A stretch of DNA of 64,000 nt from Actinomycetota bacterium (GTDB lineage Bacteria > Actinomycetota > Thermoleophilia > BMS3ABIN01): contig JAMCPM010000006.1 of NCBI GenBank assembly GCA_023382335.1, forward strand, positions 70,372 through 134,371, written 5' to 3'. The notes beneath the pieces are model-generated. The model was given only the letters and a program-made list of their open reading frames with translations. It did no database searches and had not been told where the DNA came from. The position numbers and the translations under genes are program-made. Of the stretch, positions 41,442-52,876 are shown piece by piece (position 1 is the first letter of the stretch; every line of letters begins with the position of its first letter).

Positions 41442-43427
41442 TTACCTGGCTGCCCGCTGGCGGACGAGTTCCTTGACCTGATCGCGCAGCTTGGCGGCGT
41501 ATTCGAAACGGAGCTCTTCGGCCGCGGCAAACATCTCTTCCTCGAGCAGCAGGATGGCGTCGTCGATCTCCTTCTGGCTCATCTTCCTGGCGGCGTGGCG
41601 CACGCGGGTCGCGGTGTAGGGCACCGGTTGCTCGCCGAGCATGGCGGCCATGTCGGATACGCCTTTGACGATGGTTCGAGGCGTGATGTCATTCTCCACG
41701 TTGTAAGCCGTCTGCAGGGTACGGCGGCGGTTGGTCTCCTCGATGGCGCGTGTCATGGCCCTGGTTATCTTGTCCGCGTACATGATCACCTTGCCGCGGA
41801 CGTTGCGCGCGGCGCGGCCGATGGTCTGTATCAGCGCGATCTCGCCACGCAGGAAACCTTCCTTGTCGGCGTCCATGATCGCCACCAGGGTCACTTCCGG
41901 CAGGTCGAGCCCTTCCCGGAGAAGATTGACTCCGACAAGCACATCGAATTCTCCCAGGCGCAGATCACGGACGATCTCGATCCGCTGCAGGGTGTCGATG
42001 TCGGAGTGCAGGTAGCGCACCTTGAAGCCCATCTCCAGCAGGTAGTCGGTGAGATCCTCGGCCATCTTTTTCGTCAGGGTGGTGACCAGCACGCGCTCAT
42101 GTGCTTCGACGCGCTTGCGCACCTCGTTCATGAGGTCGTCGACCTGGTGCTCGGTCGGACGCACCTCGACCTCCGGATCGATCAGGCCCGTAGGCCGGAT
42201 CACCTGCTCCACCACCTGCGAACTATGATTGAGCTCCCACGGCCCCGGGGTGGCGCTGACGAAAACGATCTGCGGCACCCGGTCGAGGAATTCCTCGAAA
42301 CGCAGGGGCCGGTTGTCCAGAGCCGAGGGCAGGCGAAATCCGTAATCGATCAGGGTCTGCTTGCGGGAGCGGTCTCCATTATACATACCGCCGATCTGCG
42401 GCACTGTATTGTGTGACTCGTCGATGAAGCAGAGGAAATCGTCGGGGAAGAAATCAAGCAGCGTGTGTGGCGGCTCGCCGGCGGCGCGCCCGTCGAGTAT
42501 GCGCGAGTAATTCTCGATGCCGGAGCAAAAACCGGTCTCGCGCAGCATTTCCATGTCGTAGCGCGTGCGCATCAGCAGGCGATGGGCTTCGAGCTCCTTG
42601 CCTTCCCGCTTCAGCTCAGCCAGCCGCCGGTTGAGTTCCGCCTGGATATCCACGAGCGCCCGCTCTATCGCCTCGGGGCTGGTGACGAAATGGGTGGCGG
42701 GATATACGGCGACATGTTTCATTTCCTCGAAGACCTCACCGGTCATGGCGTCGATCCTCTGGATGCGCTCGACCTCATCGCCGTAAAAACCGATCCTCAG
42801 GACCGTGTCTTCATAGGCCGGATGCACCTCGAGCACATCGCCGCGCAGCCGGAATTGCCCGCGGCCGAAGTCGAAGTCGCCGCGGCTGTACTGGATGTCC
42901 ACCAGGCGGCGGGTGACCGCTTCGAGGCCGGGCTCGTCACCCACCTTCAGCAGCACCATCTTGGCCAGGTATTCTTCCGGAGAGCCCAGGCCGTAGATGC
43001 AGGAGACGCTGGCGACGATAACGACGTCACGGCGTGAGAGCAGGGCCGCCGTGGCGGAGTGGCGCAGGCGGTCGATCTCCTGATTGATGGCGCTGTCTTT
43101 TTCAATATAGGTGTCGCTGGCCGGCAGGTAGGCTTCAGGCTGGTAGTAATCGTAGTAGCTGACGAAGTACTCGACGGCGTTGTCCGGCAGAAACTCCTTG
43201 AATTCATTGCACAGCTGGGCGGCGAGGGTCTTGTTGTGAGCCATGACGAGCGCCGGCTTCCCGGCCCGCGCGATCACCTGCGCCATGGTGAAGGTCTTGC
43301 CGGAGCCGGTCACGCCCAGGAGCGTCTGGTAACGGTTGCCGCGAACGATTCCGCCCGAGAGGGCCTTGATCGCTTCGGGCTGGTCGCCAGTGGGCTGATA
43401 AGTTGAATTGATCTTGAAAATGGACAT
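41442..43427 (-). CDS. uvrB: excinuclease ABC subunit B
   Basis: GVTGSGKT Walker A, helicase motifs, and the C-terminal UvrC-interaction domain ([20 protein letters not shown]). Confidence 0.95.
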   Translation of the reverse strand: MSIFKINSTYQPTGDQPEAIKALSGGIVRGNRYQTLLGVTGSGKTFTMAQVIARAGKPALVMAHNKTLAAQLCNEFKEFLPDNAVEYFVSYYDYYQPEAYLPASDTYIEKDSAINQEIDRLRHSATAALLSRRDVVIVASVSCIYGLGSPEEYLAKMVLLKVGDEPGLEAVTRRLVDIQYSRGDFDFGRGQFRLRGDVLEVHPAYEDTVLRIGFYGDEVERIQRIDAMTGEVFEEMKHVAVYPATHFVTSPEAIERALVDIQAELNRRLAELKREGKELEAHRLLMRTRYDMEMLRETGFCSGIENYSRILDGRAAGEPPHTLLDFFPDDFLCFIDESHNTVPQIGGMYNGDRSRKQTLIDYGFRLPSALDNRPLRFEEFLDRVPQIVFVSATPGPWELNHSSQVVEQVIRPTGLIDPEVEVRPTEHQVDDLMNEVRKRVEAHERVLVTTLTKKMAEDLTDYLLEMGFKVRYLHSDIDTLQRIEIVRDLRLGEFDVLVGVNLLREGLDLPEVTLVAIMDADKEGFLRGEIALIQTIGRAARNVRGKVIMYADKITRAMTRAIEETNRRRTLQTAYNVENDITPRTIVKGVSDMAAMLGEQPVPYTATRVRHAARKMSQKEIDDAILLLEEEMFAAAEELRFEYAAKLRDQVKELVRQRAAR

Positions 43428-43475
43428 GCTAAATGCTGGTTCCTGGTTCCTGGTTCCTGGTTCTATGTGCCGGCT

Positions 43476-44057
43476 CTATGTTCCCAGCTCGGATGAATAG
43501 GCATCTACATAGACTTCCCTGGTGTGGTCGACACGGGCGACATATTCCCTGGTTTCCTTCCAGGGGATGTCAGTGATCGAACTGAACGGCCGGTTTTCTT
43601 TTTTGGCGTCCGCCAGCCACCGGTCCACGTTCTCGGTGCCGCCGTTGTAGGCTGCAAGCGCCACCTCGGCGTTGCCGTATCGTTCCATGAGGTAACCGAG
43701 ATACCAGCAGCCGTAGGCGATGTTAATATCCGGGTTTTTGAGGTCGGCGATAACAAAATCGGCGCCTCCGGTCTTGGCGGCGATCCAGGTCGCCGTAGTC
43801 GGCATCAGCTGCATGAGCCCTACCGCACCCGCCGTGGACCGCGAGCCGTCCTCAAAGCCGCTCTCCTCGAAGATCACAGCCGCCACCAGGGCCGGATCGA
43901 GGTGGTTCTGGCTGGCGGAGCGATTGATGAGGTCGGCGTGATCGAGCGGGTACCATATGCGGGCATACCATCCGGGCATCGTCATCTGCACCGCGACGAC
44001 TCCGGCCACAGCCAGAACCGTAAGAATGACGAGCGCCAGTATGATCTTTTTCAGCAA
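43476..44057 (-). CDS. lytic transglycosylase (SLT) domain protein, membrane-anchored
   Basis: N-terminal TM, then the SLT motifs EESGF...S..GAVGLMQLMP.TA...AYNGG. Confidence 0.8.
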   Translation of the reverse strand: MLKKIILALVILTVLAVAGVVAVQMTMPGWYARIWYPLDHADLINRSASQNHLDPALVAAVIFEESGFEDGSRSTAGAVGLMQLMPTTATWIAAKTGGADFVIADLKNPDINIAYGCWYLGYLMERYGNAEVALAAYNGGTENVDRWLADAKKENRPFSSITDIPWKETREYVARVDHTREVYVDAYSSELGT

Positions 44058-44060
44058 TGC

Positions 44061-44696
44061 TCAGGGGTCCTTCCTGGAGACTGCGGCTTCGTCGGCGATC
44101 GCGGCTACCGTCGCGGATATGAATTCATCAAGCTCTTCCGGAGAACGGACATTGTCATAGACGTAGTCACTGCGTTTACGCTTTTCGGACTCCGGGAGCT
44201 GGCGGGAGGCGCGGCGTTCGAAGTCCGCCAGACCCACCCTTCCCTCATGACGAGTCATGCGAACATCTTCGGAGGCCGTCACCAGGACGATGCGGTCGAA
44301 ATCCTTTTCCATTCCCGCCTCGAACAGCATCGGCAGCTCGACTACGGCCATGGGCGCGGATCGGACCTCATCGGTCGCCAGCCAGCCATCGATCTCCTTC
44401 CTGACCAGGGGGAAGAGGATCTGTTCGAGACGCTTCAGTTGCTCGTCCCTGGCGAAGACGATCTCGCTGATCAAGCCGCGGCCTGCTTCTCCGGAGGGAA
44501 TAGCATCCATGCCAAGGTTTTCCGCGACCCTGGCGCGAACCTCGGGGCGCTCGAGCAGATCATGGACCACGCTGTCGGAATTGAGCACGGCGGCGCCCCG
44601 CGCCGCGAACATGAGCAGCGCGGTGCTCTTGCCGGAGCCGATGCCCCCTGTCAGGGCGATGCGAATCGGTGTTTGTCTTTTGGGCTGTCCACTCAT
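44061..44696 (-). CDS. coaE: dephospho-CoA kinase
   Basis: IALTGGIGSGKST P-loop with CoaE topology. Follows polA, as in Firmicutes. Confidence 0.85.
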   Translation of the reverse strand: MSGQPKRQTPIRIALTGGIGSGKSTALLMFAARGAAVLNSDSVVHDLLERPEVRARVAENLGMDAIPSGEAGRGLISEIVFARDEQLKRLEQILFPLVRKEIDGWLATDEVRSAPMAVVELPMLFEAGMEKDFDRIVLVTASEDVRMTRHEGRVGLADFERRASRQLPESEKRKRSDYVYDNVRSPEELDEFISATVAAIADEAAVSRKDP

Positions 44697-44765
44697 ATCT
44701 TGCTCCTGAATAAAAAAGCGCCCCGCCGAAGGCGGGGCGCGTAATCGCTTGGGCTATGAAAAAGC

Positions 44766-46268
44766 TTACGCTTTTTCAGCTCCACCGCCTTCGGTTTGCT
44801 CTTCCGCCGGTGCTTCGGATTCGGTCTCAGCCGTTGCTTCTGCTTCGACTTCGACTTCTGCCTCGGCCGGGGCTTCAGTTTCCTCATCTACAGTATCTTT
44901 CAGTTCCGGCGCGGCGGCAAGTTCGGTCTCGCTGTCGGCTTCCGGCAGGCTGTCGGTGAGGGTGGCTTCTTCTATAGCTTCCTCTTCGACTGGCGGCTCG
45001 TAGCCGGGCCTGTCCGGGAAGACTTCATCACTGAGGCCCAGGTTGGATGCGTCGGCGTAATTTTCCTCTTCCTCGGGAGCGGCGGTTTCAGCAGCCGGGG
45101 CTGCAACGGCTTCGGTCTCCTCGCCCGCTTCCCCTTCTTCCGCACCTTCCTCTTCATGAAGGCGCTTTATGCTCAGGGACAGGCGGCGGCGCTGGGCGTC
45201 GATCTCGATCACCTTGACCTCGATCTCATCACCGACAGCGACGACCTCCTCGGGCTTCTCAACGTGATGGCTGGCCAGCTCGGAGATGTGGACCAGGCCC
45301 TCGATACCCTCGCTGATCTGCACGAAAGCGCCGAAGCTTACCAGTTTGGTGACGGTGCCGGTCATGATGTCGCCGACCTGATGAGCGTCGACCAGGCTCT
45401 TCCAGGGATCTTCCTGTGTCTGCTTGAGACCCAGGGAGACGCGCTGGCGATCGCGGTCGATGTCAAGGACCTTGACGTTGACCTTCTGTCCGACGGTGAG
45501 TACCTCGGACGGATGGTTGACGTGGCCCCATGAAAGTTCTGAGATATGGATGAGTCCGTCGATGCCTTCCAGATCCACGAAGGCGCCGAAGTCGACGATG
45601 TTGGAGATGATGCCCTCGACGACGTCTCCCGGCTGTAGCTTGCCCAGGATCTGTTCCCGGACTTCCTTGCGCTCCTCTTCGAGGACGGCGCGGCGCGAGA
45701 GCACGACGTTGTTGCGGCTGCGGTTGAGTTCTATCACCTTGCAGGTAAGGACGCGGCCCATGTATTCGTCAAGGTTCTGGATTCGCCTGATGTCAACCAG
45801 TGACGCCGGCAGGAAGCCGCGGACTCCGAGGTCCAGGATCAGGCCGCCCTTGACGACCTCGATGACGGTGCCGTCGATGGTGCCGCCCCTCTGCTCGACC
45901 TCTTCGATCTTCTTCCAGGCCTGCTCGAAACGGGCGCGTTTCTTGGAGAGGATGAGACGCCCCTCGGCGTCTTCCTTCTGCATGACCAGCGCGTCGATCC
46001 TGTCGCCGACGCTCACTTCATCTTCGGTGCTGACGGATTTGCGGATCGACAGCTCGCTCGCCGGGATAACGCCTTCCGACTTGTAGCCTATATCCACCAG
46101 GATCTCGTCCTTGTCGATCCGGACAACCTCGCCGGAGACAATGTCGCCTTCCTGGAACTCCGTGATGGTGGCGTCGTAGTTGGGTTCTTCCTTCCCGTCT
46201 ACGATCTTGAGCAGTCCCCCACTCCCTTCAACCAGAGTAATCTCTTCTTCTTCGTTTGTTTTTTGCAT
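44766..46268 (-). CDS. rpsA: 30S ribosomal protein S1 with long acidic C-terminal extension
   Basis: Four S1 domains (GxV....G.F motifs repeated) and an about 110-aa Glu/Ala-rich tail. Confidence 0.9.
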   Translation of the reverse strand: MQKTNEEEEITLVEGSGGLLKIVDGKEEPNYDATITEFQEGDIVSGEVVRIDKDEILVDIGYKSEGVIPASELSIRKSVSTEDEVSVGDRIDALVMQKEDAEGRLILSKKRARFEQAWKKIEEVEQRGGTIDGTVIEVVKGGLILDLGVRGFLPASLVDIRRIQNLDEYMGRVLTCKVIELNRSRNNVVLSRRAVLEEERKEVREQILGKLQPGDVVEGIISNIVDFGAFVDLEGIDGLIHISELSWGHVNHPSEVLTVGQKVNVKVLDIDRDRQRVSLGLKQTQEDPWKSLVDAHQVGDIMTGTVTKLVSFGAFVQISEGIEGLVHISELASHHVEKPEEVVAVGDEIEVKVIEIDAQRRRLSLSIKRLHEEEGAEEGEAGEETEAVAAPAAETAAPEEEENYADASNLGLSDEVFPDRPGYEPPVEEEAIEEATLTDSLPEADSETELAAAPELKDTVDEETEAPAEAEVEVEAEATAETESEAPAEEQTEGGGAEKA

Positions 46269-46440
46269 TTAGTTGTTGGTTTCCTTTCACAAAAATTTGG
46301 CGCGCAGGCGCAGCAGCGCTTTGCGTGCCAGAAGTAATTATACATAAGCGAAGAAAGGTATGGAAGCTGTGATAGTCAGTAATGCTGATTCCGGGTTATG
46401 TCGCATTGATGCCGGATGGCTCACGCAGAGGCATTGTGGG

Positions 46441-49092
46441 CTACTTTGCCTCCACCCAGGTGTCGCCGACGCCGACATCGACCTCCAGCGGCGGATCGAG
46501 CTGCCAGGCGCCCGCCATCTCCCGCCGCGCCAGCTCGGCGACGGCATCGGTCTCTCCGTCGGGCGCCTCGAAGACCAGCTCATCGTGCACCTGCAGGACC
46601 AGCCGGGCGGTGAGGCCTTCGCTTGCCAGAGCGCGATCAGCGTTGATCATCGCGATCTTCATGATGTCGGCGGCGCTGCCCTGGATGACGGTGTTGACCG
46701 CCAGGCGCTCGCCAAGGCTGCGGATGCGGTTGTCGCTGGAGCGCAGCTCCGGGATCGGCCGGCGCCGGCCGAGCATGGTGCCGACATAACCTTCTTCCCG
46801 AGCCTGTTCGATTATCTGGTCACGGAAGGCGGCCACCCGCGGATAACGGGCGAGATAGGTCTCGATGTAGCCGGCGGCCTCCTCGCGGGAGATCCCCAGC
46901 TGCTCGGAAAGGCCGAAGCCGCTGATGCCGTACATGATGCCGAAGTTGACGGCTTTGGCGCGGCCCCGCTCGGTGCTTGTCACTTCGGCTGGTTTGAGGT
47001 TGAACACTTCAGCCGCCGTGTCGCGATGGACGTCCTCGCCGGCGGCGAATGCCTGGCGCAATTTCGGCTCTCCGGAGAGATGGGCCATGATGCGCAGCTC
47101 GACCTGTGAGTAATCGGCGACCACCAGGCGCGAGCCTTCCTCGGCGACGAAGCAGTCCCTGATCTTCTCGCCCATCGGGGTCCGTATGGGAATGTTCTGC
47201 AGGTTCGGGTCGCTTGAAGAGATGCGGCCGGTTGTGGTCACGGTCTGGTTGAAAGTCGTATGGATGCGCCAGGTGTCGGGGTCCGCGATCTGCGGCAGCG
47301 CCTGCAGGTAGGTGCCCGACAGCTTGGCCAGCTCCCGGTAGGTCTCGATCTTGGCGACGATCGGGTTGAGATCGCGCAGGTTTTTGAGGACGGAAGCGTC
47401 GGTGGAGTAGCCGCTCTTGGTCTTCTTCCCGTGAGGAAGCTGCAGCTTTTCAAAGAGTATGATCGCCAGTTGCTGGGGCGAGTCGATGTTGAAGTCTTCT
47501 TCCCCGGCCAGTTTGTGGATCTCGTCGGCCAGCTGGTCGAGCTGATCGGCCACTCGCGAGGCCAGCTCACCCAACCGCGGCAGATCGATCCGTATGCCGG
47601 TCCGCTCCATGCCGGCCAGCACGGCGATCAGAGGCATCTCCACCTCGGTGAAAAGTCTGGCCAGGCCCAGTTCTCCGAGTTGCAGGCGCTGGCTCTGCGC
47701 CAACTGAAAGGTCTCGGCAGCCTCCCTGGCCAGGTGGCTGTCGCCCGGATGCAGATCGGCCGGTATCTCGATGCGGATGTTCGCGGCTGCCGCCAGCTGG
47801 TCGAGATTGTAAGTCCGTGCTGTCGGCTTGAGAAGATAGGCGGCGACCATGGTGTCATGGGCGCATCGAGGCGCCCCTGGGGCCCGCGCCAGCAGCTCTT
47901 TATAGTTATGACAGCTGAAGGTGGCGGCGCCCTTCGCCGCATCCGCGCCGCCGGAGAGAGCATCCGCCACCCCGGCTCCATCCGTGGTTGCCAGTCGAAC
48001 CGGCCTGCCTTCGCCGGTAAAGACGGCGATGCGGAACTGGTCGCGGCGTCTTTCCCAGGCCAGAGCCGGTTGAATCTGCTCTTTGCGGGCTGTCTGGAGC
48101 GAGGCGGCCAGCCCGCCGGGTGAGACCACGGCCAGGCTCACGGCGGCGGTAGCCTCCGTGGGAGGCGGCGGTTCGAGCATGCCCAGATCTTCCAAGCGGC
48201 GCATGAGGCTGTTGAATTCAAAATGGGAAAGGAACTCCCTCAGCTTCCCGGCATCGGGACAGGCCGGCTGGGCGTCGAGCGATACGTTCTCCACCGGCAC
48301 CTCATCATTCATGGTGGCCAGGCTTTTTGACATGATCGCCTGCTCCCGGTATTCCTCGATCAGCTCGCGGCGCTTGCCCTTGACCTCGTCGAGATGCGCC
48401 AGCAGATCTTCCAGGGAGTCGCGGCCGGCCAGGAGGGTGGCGGCGGTCTTGTCGCCGATGCCGGGAATGCCGGGGATGTTGTCGGAGCTGTCGCCCTTGA
48501 GGCCGATGAAGTCAGGCACCTTCTCGGGAGTGATGCCGTAACGTGCCTCGACCGCGGCCCGGTCATAGACTTTCACCTCGGAGATGCCCTTGCTGTTTGA
48601 CATGATGAAGATGTTGTCGCTGACCAGCTGCAGGGCGTCGCGATCGGCGGTGACGATGACCGCCTTGCGCCCACCCTCACGGGCCTCCCGTGCCAGCGTC
48701 GCCAGGATGTCATCAGCTTCGTAGCCTTCCTTCTTCAGGTTCTCGAAACCAAATGCGTTGACAAGTTCATCGAAATGTACGAACTGCAGCGAGAGGTTGT
48801 CGGGCATCGGCTTGCGGCCGGCTTTGTATTCCTTGAATTCCTCATGGCGGAAAACCTTCTTGCCGGCGTCCCAGGCGACGATGATGTTGGCCGGTTTGTA
48901 GTCATTGAGAATCTTGATCAACATCGAGGTGAAGCCGTACAGTGCGTTCGTCGGAAAGCCGTCGCTGGTGGCGATGGTCTCCGGCAACGCGTAAAAAGCG
49001 CGATAAGCCAGGCTGTTGCCGTCGATCAGGAAGAGGGCGTCGGTGAGGTCGGGTTGCGGGCCGGACGGAGCGCCCCTGGCGGATTCCTTCAT
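46441..49092 (-). CDS. polA: DNA polymerase I
   Basis: 5'-3' exonuclease N-terminus (LFLIDGNSLAYRAFYAL) and the pol A family palm/fingers motifs (DYSQIELRI, RRxAKxxNFGxxYG). 883 aa. Confidence 0.95.
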   Translation of the reverse strand: MKESARGAPSGPQPDLTDALFLIDGNSLAYRAFYALPETIATSDGFPTNALYGFTSMLIKILNDYKPANIIVAWDAGKKVFRHEEFKEYKAGRKPMPDNLSLQFVHFDELVNAFGFENLKKEGYEADDILATLAREAREGGRKAVIVTADRDALQLVSDNIFIMSNSKGISEVKVYDRAAVEARYGITPEKVPDFIGLKGDSSDNIPGIPGIGDKTAATLLAGRDSLEDLLAHLDEVKGKRRELIEEYREQAIMSKSLATMNDEVPVENVSLDAQPACPDAGKLREFLSHFEFNSLMRRLEDLGMLEPPPPTEATAAVSLAVVSPGGLAASLQTARKEQIQPALAWERRRDQFRIAVFTGEGRPVRLATTDGAGVADALSGGADAAKGAATFSCHNYKELLARAPGAPRCAHDTMVAAYLLKPTARTYNLDQLAAAANIRIEIPADLHPGDSHLAREAAETFQLAQSQRLQLGELGLARLFTEVEMPLIAVLAGMERTGIRIDLPRLGELASRVADQLDQLADEIHKLAGEEDFNIDSPQQLAIILFEKLQLPHGKKTKSGYSTDASVLKNLRDLNPIVAKIETYRELAKLSGTYLQALPQIADPDTWRIHTTFNQTVTTTGRISSSDPNLQNIPIRTPMGEKIRDCFVAEEGSRLVVADYSQVELRIMAHLSGEPKLRQAFAAGEDVHRDTAAEVFNLKPAEVTSTERGRAKAVNFGIMYGISGFGLSEQLGISREEAAGYIETYLARYPRVAAFRDQIIEQAREEGYVGTMLGRRRPIPELRSSDNRIRSLGERLAVNTVIQGSAADIMKIAMINADRALASEGLTARLVLQVHDELVFEAPDGETDAVAELARREMAGAWQLDPPLEVDVGVGDTWVEAK

Positions 49093-49094
49093 AT

Positions 49095-50090
49095 TTATTC
49101 CGGGCGGGGGGTGCGGGTCATCAGCTCGGTCACGGCCAGGCGGACTTCCTTCCCCTCATAGATGACCGCGCAGACCTGCTCCGTGATCGGCATCTCGACG
49201 CCGTTGGCCCCGGCGAGCTCGCGCACGGACCGCGCGCTGGTCAGACCCTCGGCTATCATGCCCATCTCCGCCTCGGCTTCTTCCGGGGTCCTGCCCGCGG
49301 CGATGAGCTCGCCCGCCCGGCGGTTGCGGCTGTGACGGCTAGTGCAGGTCGCGATGAGGTCGCCCATGCCGGCAAGGCCGGAGAAGGTGGCGGCGTCGGC
49401 GCCCAGTCTTTCACCGAGGCGGGCCATCTCAGCCAGCCCGCGGGTTATGAGGCTGGCCTTGGTGTTGTCGCCAAAACCCAGTCCGTCGCTCATGCCGGCG
49501 GCCAGGGCGATTACGTTCTTGGCGGCCGCGCAGAGCTCGACGCCCATGAGGTCCGGGTTGATATATACACGGAAACTTTCGGTAGAGATCTGGTGCTGCA
49601 CCCAGGCCGCCAGCTCCAGATCGGCTGAGGCGATCGTGGTGGCGGTGGGAATGTCGCAAGCGACTTCCTCGGCGTGGTTGGGACCGGAGAGCACCATCAC
49701 CCGGGAACGGGCCGGCTGGGGAAGTTCCTCGGTGAGGACCTCCGACAGGCGTTTGAGCGTGCCCGGCTCCAGCCCCTTGGTGAGACTGAGTACCGCGGCC
49801 TCGGGATTGATGACCGCTCCCACCGCCCTCGCAGCTTCGCGATAGGCCCTGCTGGGAACGGCGATGACGGCCAGCTCGGCTTCGCCAAGGCGGTTCTGTT
49901 CGAATGTGGCTGCCGCCAGGGCCGCCGGCAGCTCGACGTCGCTGAGGTAATCCGGGTTTCGATGGCTTTCGTTGATTGCCGCGGCCTGTTCGGCGCGGCG
50001 GCAGATGAGCTCGGTATCGATGCCGGCTCCGGCAAGCAGGCGCGCGAATGCCGTTCCCCAGCTGCCTCCACCGACGACGGATGCCCTCAT
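49095..50090 (-). CDS. gpsA: NAD(P)H-dependent glycerol-3-phosphate dehydrogenase
   Basis: MRASVVGGGSWGTAFA Rossmann N-terminus with GGAGGG RBS 8 nt upstream of the ATG at 50090. The ORF track's 50132 start adds 14 non-conserved residues. Confidence 0.9.
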   Translation of the reverse strand: MRASVVGGGSWGTAFARLLAGAGIDTELICRRAEQAAAINESHRNPDYLSDVELPAALAAATFEQNRLGEAELAVIAVPSRAYREAARAVGAVINPEAAVLSLTKGLEPGTLKRLSEVLTEELPQPARSRVMVLSGPNHAEEVACDIPTATTIASADLELAAWVQHQISTESFRVYINPDLMGVELCAAAKNVIALAAGMSDGLGFGDNTKASLITRGLAEMARLGERLGADAATFSGLAGMGDLIATCTSRHSRNRRAGELIAAGRTPEEAEAEMGMIAEGLTSARSVRELAGANGVEMPITEQVCAVIYEGKEVRLAVTELMTRTPRPE

Positions 50091-50138
50091 ATCAATGTCC
50101 CTCCGTACGGAATGGAAAGATGTTAAATCCACGGTCCA

Positions 50139-50747
50139 CTAGTTGCGGTTCCAGGGAAATTCGACCCGGTTCTCATTGCCGCCAGCCAGGCGCGCGATGT
50201 TAGCCCGGTGAGCGTAGAATATCACGGCCGTGCCCGCCAGCGTGAAGACGATATATGGCCTGGGCTGACCGGTTACAAAGACCGCCACTGAAAGGAATGC
50301 CGCCGCTGCCAGCGAGGCCACCGATACGAAACGGCCGGCGAGAAGCACCAGCCAGAAACAGGCGAAAGCCAGGAGGAACAGGATCGGCATCAGCGCCAGG
50401 ACGGCGCCGCCGCCGGTCGCGACCCCCTTGCCTCCCTTGAATCTCAGGAAGACGGAAAAGGTATGCCCGGCGATCGCCGCGCCCGCGGCCAGGACCGCCA
50501 CCAGGGCGGCGCTGTCGGCCGAGATCAGCCTCAGCGCCAGGAACACGGGCACGAAACCCTTGAGCAGATCGAGGACAAAGACCAGCGCCCCGGCTTTCTT
50601 CCCCAGGACCCGGAAGACATTGGTGGTGCCGATGTTGCCGGAGCCGCTCTCGCGGACGTCGACCCGGTAGATCCCCTTGCCGATCACCAGGGCGAAGGGG
50701 ACCGAACCGAGGACGTAGGCTCCGACGATCAGTGCAAAAGCAATCAT
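50139..50747 (-). CDS. plsY: glycerol-3-phosphate acyltransferase PlsY
   Basis: GSGNIGTTNVFR motif, five TM helices, 202 aa. In der-plsY-gpsA synteny. Confidence 0.9.
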   Translation of the reverse strand: MIAFALIVGAYVLGSVPFALVIGKGIYRVDVRESGSGNIGTTNVFRVLGKKAGALVFVLDLLKGFVPVFLALRLISADSAALVAVLAAGAAIAGHTFSVFLRFKGGKGVATGGGAVLALMPILFLLAFACFWLVLLAGRFVSVASLAAAAFLSVAVFVTGQPRPYIVFTLAGTAVIFYAHRANIARLAGGNENRVEFPWNRN

Positions 50748-50751
50748 CAGG

Positions 50752-52062
50752 TCAACCCTTTTTGCCTCGGAACTCTATCACCAGGGGGCAGCCGTAATAA
50801 TTGAACTGCTCGCGCAGCGTATTTTCCACGTAGGTGGCATAAGGCCTGGTGATCAATCCCTTGTTGTTGACCTGAATTACTATTCTTGGTGGGTTTGTCT
50901 GCGGCTGGCTGATGTAGTACATCTTCAGTTGCCGTCCGCGCACGATCGGCGGCGAGTGCGCCGCCTTGATTTCCTGCAGAAAATTGTTTAATTCGCGGGT
51001 AGAGATGTGAGATGTGTAGAGTTCGTGAAGATGGCGCACCAGAGGCAGGATGTCGGCCACGCCGCGGCCGGTTACCGCCGACGTCGCCAGGAAGGGCGGC
51101 TTGAGCGTGGTCTTGCGCCCCAGCTTCCACTTGAGATCTTCGAGGTCCAGCTTCTGCAAATCCCATTTGTTCAGCAGGATAGCCGTGGCGCAGTTGCGCT
51201 TCATGGCCTCGTCGATGATCGTGAGATCGTAGTCGGTCAGGCCCACGAGGCAGTCGACCAGCACCAGGGCGACCTGGGCCTTTTCCAGAGCCGCCAGCGC
51301 CCGTACGCGGCTGTAATATTCGACGTCGCTGTCCAGCTTGCCCGGACGCCTCAGACCGGCTGTATCCACGAAGCGGAAGACAGAACCGCCTGCCTCGACC
51401 ACCGTATCGATAGAATCACGGGTGGTGCCGGGCTCAGCGGAGACGATCACCCGTTCCTGCCCGAGCAGACGGTTGAGCATGGACGATTTGCCGGCGTTGG
51501 GCTTGCCGACGAAAGCGACGCGGATCTCCTGCCGCCGTTCGGCCTCGGCCATCGCCCCCATCTCCTCGAGCTGCCCGACGATCACGTCCAGCAGATCACC
51601 CGACCCGGTGCCATGCAGGGCGCTCACAGGGACCGGTTCGCCCATGCCCAGGGCATGGAATTCGTGGATGAGGTCGACGCGGTCAAAATCATCGATCTTG
51701 TTGGCGACAAGGATGGCTGGGCGCTTGCTGCGCCGGACTATCTGCGCCAGGTCCTCGTCACCGGGGCCGATGCCGGTAAGCCCGTCGACGACCAGCAGCA
51801 CCAGCGCCGCTTCCTGAAGGGCGGCCTCGACCTGGGCGCGCACCTGGCGAGCCATCTGGCGGCGGTCGGCCGTGTCGACGCCGCCGGTGTCGATCATGGT
51901 GAAGGACCGGCCTATCCAGTCCACCTCGATCTCCTTGCGGTCGCGGGTGACGCCTGCTTCACTATGCACGACCGCCTCCCGGCGCCCGGACAGGCGGTTG
52001 AGAAGCGTTGATTTGCCCACGTTTGGATATCCGACAATGGCTACTTTGGGAAGTATTGGCAT
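50752..52062 (-). CDS. der: ribosome biogenesis GTPase Der (EngA)
   Basis: Two tandem GTPase domains (GYPNVGKSTL, GKPNAGKSSM) and a KH-like C-terminus. Confidence 0.95.
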   Translation of the reverse strand: MPILPKVAIVGYPNVGKSTLLNRLSGRREAVVHSEAGVTRDRKEIEVDWIGRSFTMIDTGGVDTADRRQMARQVRAQVEAALQEAALVLLVVDGLTGIGPGDEDLAQIVRRSKRPAILVANKIDDFDRVDLIHEFHALGMGEPVPVSALHGTGSGDLLDVIVGQLEEMGAMAEAERRQEIRVAFVGKPNAGKSSMLNRLLGQERVIVSAEPGTTRDSIDTVVEAGGSVFRFVDTAGLRRPGKLDSDVEYYSRVRALAALEKAQVALVLVDCLVGLTDYDLTIIDEAMKRNCATAILLNKWDLQKLDLEDLKWKLGRKTTLKPPFLATSAVTGRGVADILPLVRHLHELYTSHISTRELNNFLQEIKAAHSPPIVRGRQLKMYYISQPQTNPPRIVIQVNNKGLITRPYATYVENTLREQFNYYGCPLVIEFRGKKG

Positions 52063-52135
52063 GGCAGTAAGTCTATCAGGAAAGGGGTGGCGGCTGATGG
52101 CAAGGACCGCCCGAATCCATTAACATCCATGTACC

Positions 52136-52876
52136 ATGGCTTCCGTCAAACAGCATTACGACAGCTTTCTGGGCCGGAATTACTCGTGGATGTGCGGCGA
52201 CTTCGGGAAAAGGACGAACGAGAATCTGGAGTTCTTTCGCAGTCTGGAGGTTGCGGCGTCTCCCGGTGAGCGAGCGCTCGATCTCGGGTGCGGCCCGGGC
52301 TTTCAGTCGATCGCGCTGGCGGCGCTCGGCTTCGAGGTGACCGCCGTGGACCTATGCGCTGTTTTGCTGGAGGAACTGGCGACCCGGAACCAGGGCGGCG
52401 GCATCAAGACCGTTGAGTCGGACCTGTTGGAGTTCCTGCGTGATTGTCCGCATGAAAGCGTCAGCGTCATAACCTGCATGGGCGATACGGTCACGCATCT
52501 TGGATCGTTGGACGAGGTATCGTCGCTGCTGGCGATGTCTTACGAGCTCCTAGCGGAGGGCGGCATGCTGGTGCTTTCATATCGGGACCTGACCGCGGAA
52601 CTGACTGGGGCCGGGCGCGCCATCCCCGTCTACAGCGATGAAAACCGCATTTTGACTACATTCCTGGAATACGGTCCGGAACTGGTCACGGTCAATGACA
52701 TGCTCTATGAACGATCAGGGAGCGGCTGGAGCTTCTGCAGCAGCAGCTTCAACAAGTTAAGGGTCGGAGCGGAATGGATGACGCCGAAATCCGGCGAGCT
52801 GGGCTTCAGGCTGGTTTATGAAGATGCAGACAAAGGCTTCGTCAGGCTGGCGCTGTTGAAACAGGTGACAGGCTAG
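52136..52876 (+). CDS. class I SAM-dependent methyltransferase
   Basis: Motif I ALDLGCGPGFQ, motif II region, Rossmann fold. 246 aa. Confidence 0.75.
   Translation: MASVKQHYDSFLGRNYSWMCGDFGKRTNENLEFFRSLEVAASPGERALDLGCGPGFQSIALAALGFEVTAVDLCAVLLEELATRNQGGGIKTVESDLLEFLRDCPHESVSVITCMGDTVTHLGSLDEVSSLLAMSYELLAEGGMLVLSYRDLTAELTGAGRAIPVYSDENRILTTFLEYGPELVTVNDMLYERSGSGWSFCSSSFNKLRVGAEWMTPKSGELGFRLVYEDADKGFVRLALLKQVTG

Noticed and set aside
44749-45533. Plus-strand ORFs (84 and 245 aa) inside rpsA
   Set aside because: They are antisense to ribosomal protein S1 and are Ser/Ala-rich artefacts of the acidic tail's codon composition.
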